A stretch of 64,000 bases of DNA from Cetorhinus maximus (GCF_964194155.1 NC_135884.1:103416001-103480000); one strand, 5' to 3'. Counted from the stretch's first letter, positions 36,686 to 51,110 are shown. The notes: generated by a model not told the origin, from the letters alone. Numbers and translations: made by a program.

Positions 36686-36835
36686 CTTTAACACACGGGT
36701 TTTCAAGGCCCTTAGGGATGAATAATAAATGCTGGCCTTGCCAATGATGCCCATATCTAAGGATGATTTTTTTAAATATGTAGGGGCCCCAAATTAAAGC
36801 TTTGCATGAGAGTCCCACAAGGTAATACCACCCCT

Positions 36836-37709
36836 TGTATTATTGTGATTTATTGTAAAGGTAGGTTAATGGCGGTGTTTGGATTAGTTCCTCTGTTTGG
36901 ATGTCTGTGTGGGGGATTTAATTGAATTGGAGGAAGCTGGTATAAAGCTTTTGAGTTATCAAAAGGGAAGCTGGTTTGAAATGCTAAATACGTAAACATG
37001 GTTGGAGTTTTAGAAGATGAGATGTGAGGAACATTTGCATTTTTAGATAAATTAGGTTAGTTTGACTTTCAAAGAGATGGGAAGATGTTACACCTAGCCA
37101 TAAGAAGCTAAGCCCAAGTGTGTTTATTTTTCCCAAAGGTTACTGATAATATTAGTACTTTGAAAGATTTACATTATGAGGAAAGTAAAGTTGCAAAGAC
37201 ATTGGAACAATGGAATTTACATTAAAAAGGGAGAAACATGTATAAAGGAGATGAGGTTGTGTGTAAGGGAGAAGGAATTCTAAGATCTAGCAAGTGCAAA
37301 AAGTTTCTAGCCCCTGTGCATCAAGCTATCTACAGGAACCAAAGCTAAGAAAATTCACTTTGAATATCACTGTCCAGGGTATCGTGTTGCTCTGCCTGGG
37401 TCTATTGTAATTTATTTGTTTTTACAGTTGCCTTAACGGAGGTGTAACTGGGAGTCAGATTAATTAGAGGAGTTAGGAGTTATTATAGTAGCAATTTGTT
37501 GACCTGTGTTCTTAAAATCTTTTATTCTATTAATAAATCTTTAATTTAGTTTTGTAAAAAACCCCAAAGACTCAGTAGATTTATTACTACTGAATTCAAG
37601 GCATGCATCTCGGAATACAATACAAATTGCAGAACAGTTGTGGCATCTGTTTCTTGCTGCCCTCTGGGATTTGGGCAGCTCGGCATTTACTATCTACTGT
37701 GCCATAACA
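36836..37709 (+). mobile_element. Solo LTR
   Basis: TG...CA termini (tgtattat...cataaca), perfect 4-bp TSD ccct, and internal TATAAA and AATAAA. Confidence 0.8.
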
Positions 37710-39529
37710 CCCTGGAGAGGACAGGTGCATGACCAGCCCCCTGGTCTCTGCCAATACCTCTGCACTGCTTAATTGGAGTTGGAGGATGAATCTTTTTCAC
37801 ACTGGCCTTCGACTCAATGCAGGTTTCCTCTGGAACACTGAATCTTGATTTCCACACTTGTCATACTAGATAACTGTTTAGCAGAGACCAGGCAATGAGA
37901 GAAAAATCAGAGGACTGTGCATCATCTGCAGCAGAGTGCATCCATCTTGCCTTTCACCTTGGGGCCACTGGATCAGTTTCAGCAAGAGATATAGGCATAG
38001 GCCTATAGGCAGCCTTCCTCGCTGCTGCAAGGCAGCTGAAATAGAATAATCACTGGAATAGCTGAAGCAGCCGCATTTCTACACTTCCTTGCATTCTTTA
38101 CTCTTCCAACACTTTCATTCTTTTAATATAATGCTCAATTTCTTTTCTATGGTTGACATTTTTAAACAGACCTACTGTACTCTGATTATGATTATAAAAC
38201 CTAACAGGTTCTGATTAGTTCTTTTAGTGTTGTAAGATCTTGAAAGGTTGGTTAACAAGATTTTATGCATCAGGCTTGAGGAACAGAATAATATATTTCA
38301 CAGAATAAGGTCAACTTACTCAATAAAATAGCAGCCTCTGTGTCATGCTAACCTCCTGGTGTGTCAATGAACGACCTTATAGGAGGCTTGATCCTTGGTT
38401 AAAATCAACAGTGGTAGTATCAAAAGAGGCTGAACCCAACTGTTTGTAACCTTGGTGTCACATAGGACACCGAGATGAGCTTCCAACTATATATCTGCAC
38501 CTTCAAAAATGTCACCTATTTCCACCTCTGACAGGTGAAGAGATTTAGGGGGTGAATAGTGGAGCAGTTAAAATTAGGAATGCTCAAGAGGCCAGAGTTA
38601 GATGAGATGAGCACAAATATTTCAGAGTGTTGGGGGGCTGGAAGAGAATACAGAGATAGAGAGGAGCCTACCTCTGTAACATTGCCCGACTTCCCCCACT
38701 TCAGCTCATCCACTGCTGAAACCATTACCCATGCATTTGTTACCCTCTAGGTTTGACTATTTCCTCTTGGTCAGCCTGGCACATTCTACCCTCTGTATAA
38801 CTTGTGGTCATCCAAAATATTATTCACCACAAAGTTTAGGCAGGCATCAGATCATACTACTGAAATGATAGATATCAAATCCTGTGTGTGCCTGACTTCA
38901 GAGATTTCAGTGTGGTAAGTCAGTTCGCCAGAAGGAAAAACCAATTCAGGTGCTCCATTTTAAGTTATACAAGACTAGTTTGGACCAGTATTCTTATTTT
39001 CCAGTTTTTACTGTTTTTCCCTTCATGGCCACTTCCTCAAAATAGAATCTCTCCGATCAGAGAATGCAACATGGGTACACCTGTTAAATATTTACTGAGC
39101 ATGACAAAACAGAGCAGCTTGTGACTTATTCCTACACCAGTTTCAGATCATCAAAACTCACCTTCTTTGGTTGTTTTGAGGATTCCCCCTTTTGCTCATT
39201 TATTTTCTTCCCACATTCCATCCCTTAACACCATTTATTGTTGAACAGCTGAAAAGTTGGGCAGAACACCAGCTAATAATGCACGATTAATGCTCAGGGG
39301 TAACATTCCTTTCTGATGGTTGAAAACAATTACATTGTGCAGCATCCACAGTAGCTCACTGCCAGCTTTAAAACTTTGACCTATAGTCTGAATTCTCAAT
39401 CTAACTAGTCACTTAGTCAAAATATTGACCCTTAAGAGAATGTCACTAAAAGCTCCAACTGTAACTGTTATCTAACTACAGGAATGAAAAACAAAAAAAT
39501 ACTGGAAAAACACAAGAGGTTTTTAAAAA

Positions 39530-39742
39530 TCCTTTCATGGGATATGGGCGCCACTATCAAGGCCAGCATTTGTTGTCCATCCCTAATTGCCCTTGAACTA
39601 AATAGCTTAGCCGGCCATTTTGAAGGGCAGTTAAACATCAGTCACATTGCTGTGGGTCTGGAGTTATATGTCGGCCAGGCCAGGTAGGGACGGCAGATTT
39701 CCTTCCCTAAAGGACATTATTGAACCAGATGGGTTTTAACGA
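39530..39742 (-). mobile_element. SINE-like element joining the 5' segment and 3' tail of the GAAT-tailed LINE
   Basis: The tail ggccagcatttgttgtccatccctaattgcccttgaac is joined directly to cacattgctgtgggtctggag...ccctaaaggacatta..gaaccagat, the same segment as 33068-33155. Confidence 0.7.
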
Positions 39743-39817
39743 CACTTCAAAAAGTGTTTCATCGGTTGTAAAATGTTTTGGGATGTCCGGTGATCGTGAA
39801 AGGCACGATAAAATTAA

Positions 39818-40435
39818 GGCCAGGACTTTTCCCTCGTCGGGCGGGCTCGGCGAGAGCGGGTGGGAGTGATCGGGAAGCTGACCGCCGCCCGCGATCGGGG
39901 CTGGACTGCGATTTCATGCTGGCGGGTTAATTAAGGTCCATCCAGTGTGCAATGTGTGCTTCAGCGCTCAGCGCTGCCTGTGTTGTGGGGGGGAGGGCGA
40001 GAGCGCAAGCTCACGCATGCGTGCGGGTGTGCGCTGGAAAAGCTCCCTGGGGCACAGAGTTGCTTTAGGGAGATGAAAAATTTTGAAAATTAGAAATAAA
40101 GGTTTTTAAAATGTTAAAAAACATGTCCCCTCATGTGACTTTGTCACGTGAACTGGCTCATGTTAGAAATTAGGATGAAATTTATTTATTTATTTTAATG
40201 ACAGATCGAAACCTCATCCCGCCCGTGGATGAGGTTTCGCAAAAAATGCAAAGGCCGCCTGGCCTAGGCCTTTTAATTGTCGGTGGGCTCGCTGCCAACT
40301 CCCGCATGCGCCCGCCAACCGAAATATTGTGCAAGTGCGTGATAATGTCAGGACGCTTGCCTGACGTCATCGCATGTCATTTTATGCTCGAGTGGGTCGG
40401 GCGTGCGCCCGTCTGCTCAGTGAAAATTCCTGCCC
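39818..40435. mobile_element. Harbinger MITE
   Basis: Termini ggccaggactttt ... aaaattcctgccc. Both subterminal regions match those of Harbinger copies 1-3. Confidence 0.8.
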
Positions 40436-41689
40436 CCAGCCTTTCTTTCAGTTCCAATCTTACCACCCCTACCTGTTCCACATCCAATCAGCGAGCTGCC
40501 TCTGGGGACATGACTGTCACCTATAGCTCAGCTGTAATATCCTAATCAGGCCAGCAGACCAAATCACCTTGGTCCTGTCACCAGTCTCATTCGGCCAGTG
40601 GGTTCCACCCAATTCAGGCACAAACCAACTTCCAGGCCCTAGAAGCTGTATCTAAGCCAGCTGCTAGCTGCTTCAGCACAACAATTTGTCTTGCTATGCT
40701 TCTAATGGACTGTGTCCAGTTCCCAGAAATCATTTTTGAGCACAAATATGTGGAATGAACAGAGCATGTTGTAATTTATGTGCATGGCACCCCATACTGT
40801 ACTGGTGTTAAAGAGTGATTATTTTATTCTCATTAATAAAGATTCTGCTGCTTTGGCTGGTTAGTTTGACGATTAAAAATTAGATTGGGAAGTGGCATTT
40901 TAAGGAGTACAAACCTCCAGTGTCTGCATTCTTGTGTTATCAGATCTGTTTTCATTCCAATTTCTGCCATGGGAAATAAACACTGTTACAACCCACAGTT
41001 GTATATATGTTTCAGGTTCAATTAAACTTCTAAAGCCTTGTGGTTATTGACTGATGGAAGCATGATGGCAAATAAATGTTCCAGTAAACATTACCTGTGG
41101 CAAAAACATTGACAGCAGCCCACTATAAACACATGGCTGCACAAAACCTTTGGAACAGCATTTAACCATACAGAATTCCACTAACATACCAATATGGTAA
41201 TTAATTGACTTCTGAATTACTTCCTCCAGTACTTTCATCAATTTAACTTGATTGTTTTTTGGTTCATCACTTGGTTGAAGTAGAATTTTAATAATATAAA
41301 TATCACTCTTGCACATACTTGGAAAACTTAGGAGAACGAAGCAGAAGTGCGAATGGATGACAGATATAATGGACTGGGTGCTGTTGACTTATGTGGAATG
41401 TGTAAGGGCAACACAGGATAGACAGAGGCGGAGATCCATGGCAGCCAACCTTCTGGGAAGAAGATGACGCCAACAAAGGAACGAACAAACATACTTCAGT
41501 TAGGCAGAGTAATGCATATTTTGCTACACGGTTGAAAAATACAGATTTTGTTCCTACACCTATTTTAAGACAGATTTCATTTTCTACAGAATATGTGGTG
41601 GTTGCTTGGATCTTGTGCTGTGGCTCAGTTTTGCTCATCTGCACTAGGCACCATCTTAAAGGAAACAAATGTATTAGAAAGATAGATGA

Positions 41690-42190
41690 ATTCAAGGAAG
41701 TTATGGGGAACATTTATAAAACACTGCTTCAGCCTCAACTGGAGTATTGTGTCTAATTCTGGAAACCACATGTTAGGAAGGATGTGAAGGCATTAGAAAG
41801 CATGAAGAAAAGATCTAAAAGAATGGTTCCAGAATGAGGGACTTTAAGTCATATGGATAGATTGGAGAAAGCGGGGTAGGGTGGGGTTTCTCCTTAGAGA
41901 AGAGAAGACTGAGAGGAGATTTGATAGAGATTTTCAAAGTCATGAGGGGTGGAGGTATAAAGAGAAACTGGTCCTTTTCCTGGAAGGGTAAAGAACCAGA
42001 GGTCGACAATTTAAGTTGAATGGCCGAAGTACCAACGGCAACGTGAGGAAAGTAGATTTTATACAGTTAGGATCTGAAATGTTCTGCCAGAGAGCATGCA
42101 GGAGGTAGATATAATTGTGACTTCCAAAAGGGAAGTGGATAATTATCTGAAGACAAAAATATTGCAGGGCTGTGGGCAGTACCGGCAGGT
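41690..42190 (+). mobile_element. CR1 LINE 3' fragment
   Basis: IYKTLLQPQLEYCV...RRLRGDLIEIFK, the CR1 ORF2 C-terminus. Confidence 0.75.
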
Positions 42191-44707
42191 GGGATCTTCA
42201 GGAATCCCGGCTGTGGCTGGCCTGGAGTTGGGCCTGCCGCTGGCTGATGCCAAAGCAACCAGGTTAAAAGGCCCACCTCCATTCCCAGAAACATTGGCCC
42301 AGTTCCCAATGGAATCAGTGGCTCACACACATATAGTTAAAACCTATAGATCAGTGTAACGCCCCCTCACCCCCACCCCTCCTCAACCCCTTCACACCCC
42401 TCACTTGCTAAAATCCCTTCCCTCCCCACTCCACCAACATTTGGAAGCAATTGAAGAGCTCAAAAACCTGTTACAATAAATTAATAAAATAATGCACTTG
42501 GAAAACCATTATCCTCTGCAGGAGCTCATAACTCTGTCAAACCATCAAACCCTTATTCCCCAGGACAACTGAACAAACAGACTCTGGACTACAATCGATG
42601 GTTCAAACCTCCATTCTGCAGGCATGAATCAGGAGGGCTTCCAAATCATGGCCGCCTCCAAGAAAATTCCGGAATTTCTAAAATTTTCACTTATGGCACC
42701 GTCAGCTTCTAAATAGGAACGTGTCAGGTTCACAGTCCACCTTCTTTCCCATGCTAGTGAATATGGCTGGTGCTAAAAACAGCCAGGTTTGATCGCTCAG
42801 CACCATTTTGTTTCAGACCCCGCTTCCATGTAGTCCCATTTTTGACTGCAAAATCTGGCCCCACGCATTCTCTGAAACAGTAAGGGAATTGAACTGAGGA
42901 GACCCTGTAGGGGAGGCCCTGTTCGGCACAGAGCAGTGAAAGTTGATAAAGAAAGCCTACTCAGGTTGAATGGACAGAGATGTTCAGGGTAACAAGTGCC
43001 AGTTCCAAATCCCCATTCACTGTAACTTAATATAAGAAATAAAGGTTTAAGGACCTTACCAGGTCAGGCAGGTCAAGCGGAGTCAGCCATGCCTTACGAG
43101 AATGTTAAGCACTGTCCTAAGCATATCTGCCACCCTTACTACCTCACTCTTACTCTGTTAAATTGCTAAAGGGTTCATCATCAGTGCCCAAGAGTTTTAA
43201 TCAATCGGGAGTAATTTTCCTTTGGTTGAACAGGCTGGAGACCCACTGGAGGTCCTGCTATAAAAAATGCATTGCAGAATGGGATGTGTTTTGTGCAGGT
43301 ACGAAGAATGGTCCCTGATGATAATTAATGAGAGGAGTTCTCTATCTGCATCCGTAGAAGCCTGATCATTGGCAGGAAATGAACAAAGGGAAATGGTGAA
43401 GCATTTGTCAGCAGTGAGCAAAACAAGATAAAAAGTGACCAAAGTTGTTGGAGAAAGAAGCTTTGCCTGGATTATTTTATAGTACCTACTGCGCTCTTTA
43501 AATCCACTTCTGCCTTTTCTGTAGCACTTTGCAATGCTGTACATGTGTCTTATTTCAGCAAGTTTAGTGATTAGAGTAAATGAGATGGTAATGACGAAGA
43601 ATGGCATGTATCACATCAACAAGTCATATATGCTTGCTCATTTTAAAGTGGGCATTTCCAGAAAGAGCAGCAGAATATTGGACTGTATTCATCAGAAAAA
43701 TTAAGCTTTAGGAGTGAAGTAAAACTTCCTAGCATCAGTTCTAAATTTGCACACACAAAGCACATATTCTGTGACACAAGAAATTTTTGATGAGATTCAT
43801 TACTCCAGTTAGTGTAATACCAGCAAAGTTATAATTCGGACTAAGTTTGAAGAAATATAATCACCCTTTCAGGTTCAGTACCCAGAATGGTTTAATTTCA
43901 AAACTTGGTTTCAGAGCTATAATATTCCACTGGGAAGGATTGCACTGCAGCCCAAATGAAATGTCATTTTATTAGGGCTCCCTTGATTGGACAGAATCAG
44001 AGAATGACACAGCACAGAAGTATGCCATTCAGTCCATTCTGACTGTGCCAGCTCTATGAAAGAGCTATCCAATTAGTGCCATCCTCCAGCTCCTTCTCCA
44101 TAACCTTATTAAAAAGGCATGAAACGTGTAAACATTGATGCTCAGAGAAACTTGGGTGTACTTGTTCAGGGAACACAAAGTTAGCATGCAGGGACAGCAA
44201 GCAGTTAGGAAGGCAAATGGCATGTTGCCTTTATTGCAAGGGGTTTGGAGTACAGGAATAAATAAGTCTTGTTACAACTGTACTGAGATTTGGTGAAACC
44301 ACACCTTGAGTACTTTGCACAGTTTTGGTCTCCATATTTAAGGAAGGATATGCTTGCATTGTAAGTGGTACAGCGAAGGCTCATTGGTTGGTTTCTAGGA
44401 TGAAAGGGTTGCCATGTGAGTAAATTGGGCCTGTACTCTCTGGAGTTTAGAAGAATGAGAGGTAATCTCATTGAAACCTACAAAATTCTGAAGGGGATAA
44501 CAGGATAAACATAGAAATTGGTTCTTCCTGGCTGGGGAATCGAGAACATGGGGACACAGGCTCAGGATAAGGGTACGGTCATTTAGGACTGAGGTGAGGA
44601 GAAATTTCTTCACTCAAAGTATTATGAATCTTTGGAATTCTCTGTTTCAGAGTGTTGAGGATGCACCATAATTGAATATATTTAAGGCTGAGATAGGCAT
44701 GCTTTTG

Positions 44708-47700
44708 GGGCAGGATTTTGAGGTTGTCAGGCCGGGAAATGGTCCGCCACCCACAATCAGCCCCTGACTGCAATTTCACACTGGTGGGCCAATGAAGGCC
44801 TGCCCACCGTGAACTGGTTGGTAAGGGCTGAATGGGGGTGGGGGCTTGTTGGCTGCCGGGTCCAATGGCGACCTGGCGGCCAGTTTAAAAGAAGTCCAGG
44901 CAACTCCTGGAAGGCTGCCACAGAAGAATGTCTCCTCTGCGTTCTCAAACCGAAGTTATGGAGTCGAGTGCGGCTGGACATAGCAGGCGGGAGGGCAGGT
45001 CGGGTGGGCACTCTGCCCCCCCTGCTTTTCTGATGAGTGTCTCATGGTCCTGCTGGAGGAGGTGGCTGTCAGGAGGTGCAACCTTGTTCTCAGAGATGGG
45101 AGGATAAGGCCACCACCCCTCACAAAGAGGGCATGGGAGGAGGTGGCAGCCCAGGTGAGCAGCCATGATGTGGTGTGGCGCACTTGCGTGCAGTGCCGGA
45201 AGCGCTTCAATGACCTGCTGTGCTCAGGAAGAGTGAGTACCATGTTGGCAGGGTCAGTGTGCAGAAGTGGTAAGGTGCGGCCGTCGCCCCGTGGACCTCA
45301 GGGGTGCTAGAAGTCTGAGTGCCAAATGTCAATGACACCAGAGCTGGCCAAGGGGGTGAGCCCTGGCCGTTTGGACTGAGTGCCTTGAGGCTCAAGGCCA
45401 CGATTCGGACTGCGAGGTGTTCCTCAGCTGGGGTTGGCCAAGCTGCAATGGCGCTGCAGGTAAAGAGTGAACTAATCAATGTTTCTCTGTTGTTTCAGGA
45501 GAAGACGAGCTATAATCAAGCCGAGAGGGCACATACAGGTGGAGGGCAGCCCAACTGCTGCTGCTCAGCAGGGTTAAGCAAGATGCCCTGGAGCTTAAGA
45601 GCCGGCACACTCGCTGTGCAACTGAGCATGGAGAGGCGGGTGTGCCAGACAAAGGTGAGAGTGCAGTGCACAGAGGTGAGAGTTTGCGCAACTAACTAGT
45701 TTAGTCTCTTCACTGATGTGAGCCTCGAACCTGAAGTCCCCATTGATCATTGGAAGATGATGACACCATGATGCAGATCTCCATTGTCTCACCAGGGTGC
45801 CTGGCAGCACAGTGACAGTGTGATGACTTTAACTAATGACATGTCCTTGTTCTCCCTTTAAGATTCGCCAGTACACACTCAACCGCAGGACCCCGAAGGG
45901 CCACCCCTGACGCCAGAGGACCACCAAGCTTCTGTTGCTTGTGTGTCACACCCACTCTCTGAAGCAGGCACCAGTGCAGATACCAGCACCTCAGTGGGCA
46001 TTAGTTTGGCGGCCAGTATCTTGGTGCACATTGGTGAGGGCACTTCACACTCGCTTGAGATACAGGCGGAGGCAGAGTGTGCCCAGGGCCCTGGCAGTCA
46101 GAGGACTGCTGGAGACCAGGATGATGCTCAGTTGAAGGCTGATGATGAGCCTCTAGAGTCATCCAGTAGGCGGCAGATGTTGGATGCCCAGCGAGATGTG
46201 CGGGAGGATCTGGCAGAGAGCCATGAGGGTTTGTGTGCCATGGTCTCTGTTATGGAGGAGGCAGTGCGCTCGGTGATGAGGTTTAACGCCGTGCTCATGA
46301 TCCGCATGGATCCATGGAGTCAATGCGGATCATGAGCATGGCGTTGAACCTCATCACCGAATGCACTGCCTCCTCCATTGAGAGAGTGGCGATTCTCATG
46401 GAGAGGCAGTTCCAGGGACTGAATCAGGGGTTCCTGGGGTTGGCTCGGACCTGCAAGCCCTCACACAGGCACTGACCTTAGGTGGGCAGTGTCAATGTGG
46501 GAGATGGATGTGGCACCCAGTATCCCAGCTGATGGTGCCTGTCCATCAATGGGGAGCAGGGAGGTCCACAGCTACCTCACATTGGCGCATGAGCTGCCTG
46601 TCGTCTCTGCGGGCTCCTCTCAGGGCGCTCTGGTAGATGGTAGCAGCTCCTCCGTCCTTCTGCCAGGGACCGTGGCATCTGATGAGGCTGCGGGGACTGG
46701 GGAAGATGCCAGCCGTGGCACTGGCCGGTCCCTCCCAGGCGGGGCCAGCACAGTCTCCACTGGCCAGAGGACGACCGCCAAGGTCATCAAGTTCAACAAG
46801 ACAGCAGAGTCAGCAGGCTGTCTCCAATTCCGGTGCCTGCGAGGGGGTGGGGGAAGGGGAACCAAGACATAACGCTTGCAAGCATAAGTTAAAGGCACCA
46901 TGGGCACAAGAGGGACAGGTCACAGGTGATTTTATGTTAATTTATATTTACTTTATCTATATTGGTCTGGGAATGAAGATCGGAGAAGTTTATGTAAATA
47001 GTTTGGAAATGTCAAAATGAGGTCAATTTTGTTTTTGTCATCATGTCCTGTGTATGTTTCACGTTTTTAGTTTATTGGTGTAGGGTACGCCAGTGTGTAA
47101 TGCTGGACGTAAGTGACTCTGAACTTTATTGCACAGGCACTGAGTGTTCTTTGTGTTCAAATGAAAGGGTCCTTTCAGACATCCGGGATGGAGGAGGCAG
47201 CCCTGACATACGGTTGAAGCTGATCTTTGATAGCCTAGCTGAAGGAGTACTCTATCACAGCGTCCCCGCTGTCCCTGCCCCCCTGAAGGTTACCTAGGTC
47301 TGCCTCCACGCCCTCAACATTCTCCTCACTGTGCTCCTCTTCTGACTCATTACTGGACTCATTATCTGTGGCCTGTGCAGCTGTGTCAACATCCTTTTCC
47401 TCCAGTGGGCTGCCCCTTGCCAGTGCCATATTGTGGAGAGCGCAGCATACAACCAATATCAGTGACACTCGCTCTGGTGTTTATTGTAGTGCACCCCCTG
47501 AATGGTCCAGGCATCGGAAGCACATCTTGAGAAAACCTATGTTCTTCTCTACCACCACCCTTGTGGAGGTGAAACTCGTATTGTAACGCTCCTCTGTCTC
47601 TGTTCTTGGGTGGTGGAGAGGCGTCATGAGCCACCTCTCAATGGATAACCCTTGACACCCATCAACCATCCTACCAGTCAGGCTGGAGCACGGAAGAGCC

Positions 47701-48880
47701 TCGGCATCAGGGAGTGTCTAAGGATGTAAGCGTCACGGGAGCTGCTAGGGTACCTTGCACAGACTTGTATCTTGTGATCACACACATCTGCACGTTCATG
47801 GAGTGGAATCCCTTCCTGTTGACAAAGGCACCTGGCTGGCTCGCTGGCACCTTAATGGCTACATGCGTACAGTCGATTGCATCCTGCATGCGTGGGCGAT
47901 CCCAGCAATCGCTGCAAAGCCACTGGCTCGCTCAGCCTGGCTGGCCTTGTCCATACAGTAAAGAATAAAGGTCAGTACCCTCCTAAACAGAGCTTCTATC
48001 ACCAGCTTGACGCAACTGTGGACAGCTGATTGGGACACTCCACATAGATCCCCCACTGACTCCTGGAAAGAGCCGGATGCATAGAAGTTGAGGGCCACTG
48101 TGACCTTCAGAGCCACTGGCATGGGGTGTCCACCCACACAGTCAGAGCTGATCTCAGGCCCAATCATCTGACAAATGGAGGCCATGGTCTCCCTTGAGAT
48201 GTGAAGTCTCCTTCAGTATTGCACCTCTGAAATATTGAGGTAGCTGCATCACTGCCTGTAAACCCTGGCAGCAGGATAGTGGCATCTTCTGCGGCCTCTT
48301 CCACCTTGGACTTCCTGATCACCCTGCGCCCCTTGTGGCTGCGCCTCTCCACCCACAGGCCCCTCCCCTGGAAGCTGCATTGGGACACCTGGCCTCCTCT
48401 CCCTTCTGCCCCTCTCTTCCTCCTCAGAGGAGGTGCCACCAGCGGAGACCACAATCCCCATTACCAGGGAAAGCGAAGGCTGTCTGATACCTGGAAGGGT
48501 CCACAAGATCTGAATACTCCGGGTGCCTTGGACACACCAATGAGACCTGAAATGAAGCCTGGAAATGCAAAGAATGAAGCCCCGAACAGAGATGAAGCTG
48601 CCAAATACCAATAAGCAACCAGCAGCAAACTATCTACCAAACTCCTCACTACTCAAACTGGCACTGCCACTGCCCCTTTTTTTCCTACCCGCGGATGTGG
48701 TTTTTGAAAATGTTGGCTGGCCGCCTGCCTGTTTTGCCTGTGCGACGAGCGCGAATTCGCACGAGTAATGAAAAATCACCGTCAGTTGAACTGTTAATGG
48801 CCTTTAGTGGCCTGTTAATTAATGGTGGGTGTGGCTCCAGCACCCACACATGCCCACCCACGGGACCTAAAATTCTGCCC
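44708..48880. mobile_element. PIF/Harbinger DNA transposon, copy 2
   Basis: TIR gggcaggatttt/aaaattctgccc with flanks ttg/tta. Myb exon TKRAWEEVAAQVSSHDVVWRTCVQCRKRFNDLL (+) and a broken transposase at 47235-48461 (-). Confidence 0.92.
47235..48461 (-). pseudogene. Harbinger transposase, disrupted
   Basis: [34 protein letters not shown] and VVEKNIGFLKMCFRCLD fall in different frames. Confidence 0.88.
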
Positions 48881-49829
48881 TTAGTCTCCCAAAAATAAAG
48901 GGATATGGGGAACATGCTGGAAAGGGATGTTGAAGCCAAAGATCAGCCATGATCATACTAAATGGGAGAGTAGGCTCGACGGGCTAGATGGTCAACTACA
49001 GCTCCTATTTCTTATGTTGTTATTTTTTTATGACTGTATATAGGTAAATATTTGACTGCTTTCCAGTTTGGATGCAGAATATTTGCTTTATGCAATCAAG
49101 TTTATGAAATGTTTAACAAGCTTTATTTTAATAGTCCAAGCTTAATGTTACAGTAAGAAGGCTATTCCTGGCATCTCTGGTGTATGATTATATTTATATG
49201 GCCATTTTTCTTCAGTATCACAATTACATCATACCAGTCTGCACTACTATTATGATTCTACAAACAGCCTAATGAAATTCTGCTCCAAGTTTGGTGTCAA
49301 CTCATTAATTGCCACTAACTAACTATCAAATTGTACTGAGTTCACAAATGTTGAATAAAACACTATTTCTTTTCGAGTAGTAAACTGCATTTTGCTGAAA
49401 TGGCTTGTCAGGAATCTCTGCCGTGATATATTCACAAACATTAAACATAAACCCCATATTAGATGTAAAGAGAATTTCAGTAACAGCACTCTTTAGAAAT
49501 TCTCCCCTCGTGATAGCAATTCCAGATGTGAAGTAACCCAGATCATTTTGCATTTCAGGAGCCAATTAAAATAAAATGAATTTGAAAGCAGCACTGAGAT
49601 TAATGTTGCAAAAATGGATTTGGGATTTTCAATCCCAAAAGCTAATTCTTTATATGCAGTGTTACTGTATTGAAAAGATTATTAAATGCAACTCCACACA
49701 GGACAAATGCATATGTTTTTGGCTGAAATCTATCATAAAATTGTAACCCTAGCTGCTAATCTCCAGGTCTCTCTTTGTGATACTCTGCCTCTTTCTCTTT
49801 CCAACTGCACAGGTTGCAAAACTAAGCAC

Positions 49830-51110
49830 ATCGACAATAAAGAAGAGGATGACGAAAGGGAATTTGAAGAGGTTTGGAAAGAAATTAATTTTTAAAAAAA
49901 GGAAAGCAAAGAGGAACTACAAAATTAAATCACCAAGGAATAGAGAGCAATAGTATTCTACAGACACGTGAATAGCAAAGACAAAATCAGGATAGGGATA
50001 TGGCCATTAAGAGTTGCACATCATAAACTCACAGGTAATGATAGCAAAAGGGCAGAAATATTGAAGAGTTATTTTGCCTCAGTATTTACCAGGAAGGCTA
50101 ACAGGGTGGACATGACATTAAAAAAATGATCAAAAAAGATAACATTTAAGATGAAATGTGCGAGATAATTGATAAACTTAGAGAAGATATTCCCCATTCT
50201 TTGCAGCTCGAAGTATATACAGCAGGCAGAATCATCTGGGGATATTATTGTGCAGTGTTAGAACAATATTTTACATAAACTCTAAAGCACAAAAACAGGC
50301 CATTTGGCCCAAGTAGTTTGTGCAGTCATTTGTGCTCCACACGAACCTCCATACTCCCCGCTTCATCTAATTATGTCAGCATTTCTGTCTACCTTTCTCT
50401 CTCATATGATTATCTAGAATCCCTTAAATGCATGTTATCTATTTCAACCATTCCTTGTGGTAGCAAGCTCCACATTCTTACAACTCTCTGGGGAAAGAGT
50501 TTCTCCTGAATTCCCTGTGGAATTCTGAGTAACTATCTTATATTTATGGTCTTGCCTGCAAGTGGAAATTTTCCTGCATCTACTCAAGAAACATTTTCAT
50601 CATTTTAAAATGCTATATTAAGTCACCCCTCATTCTTCTCATTTTTAGATTAAAGAGCCCAAACCTCTTCATCCCTTTCTGATAGTTATAACCTCTCAGT
50701 TCTGGTATCATCTGTGTAAATATCTTTTGTACCTTTTCTGTGCACTTATAACCCTTTTAAAATATGAAGGCGAACACTGTGCACTGTACTCTAAGTGTGG
50801 TCTAACCGAGATTCAATACAAGTTTAAAATAACTGCTCTGCTTTCCAATTCCATCCCTTCAGAAATGAACCCCAAATGCTTTATTTTCTTTTTAATGGCT
50901 GTATTAACCTGCATCGCTACTTTTTATTATTTTGTGTATCTATGACATTGGATCCCTTTCCTCCCCTAGCCCATACACAGCCCCTTATTTTCCAAGCAGT
51001 ATGTGGCCTCCCTATTCTTTCTACAAAAATGTAGCACCTCGCACTTATATATATGTGAAATTAATTTGCCAATTCCATGCACATTTTGCAAGTATATTAA
51101 TGTCTTCTTG
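49830..51110. mobile_element. Two CR1 fragments in opposite orientation (+ about 49830-50190; - about 50290-51110)
   Basis: The + fragment shows CR1 ORF2-like sequence (EILKSYFASVF). The - fragment shows KCEVLHF and a CR1 3' end. Confidence 0.55.

Larger units (their letters stand above)
34230..36770 (+). mobile_element. 3' part of the same LINE family, split by a hAT element
   Basis: LGVAIDQKINWTNHI...LSITYEAQVRSVMKY. The tail resumes after 36693 (cccttagggatgaataataaatgctggcc). Confidence 0.7.
44120..49025 (+). mobile_element. CR1 LINE 3' fragment interrupted by Harbinger copy 2
   Basis: CR1 sequence runs from 44120 to 44707 and resumes at 48881 (gtctccc...gggatatgggg...gatcagccatgatc...gctcctatttcttatg). 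Confidence 0.8.

Noticed and set aside
42190-42860. Further MITE-like GC-rich patches (also about 18770-19040, 29270-29880 and 33520-34040)
   Set aside because: Probably old DNA-transposon remnants, but I could not define TIR pairs or TSDs.
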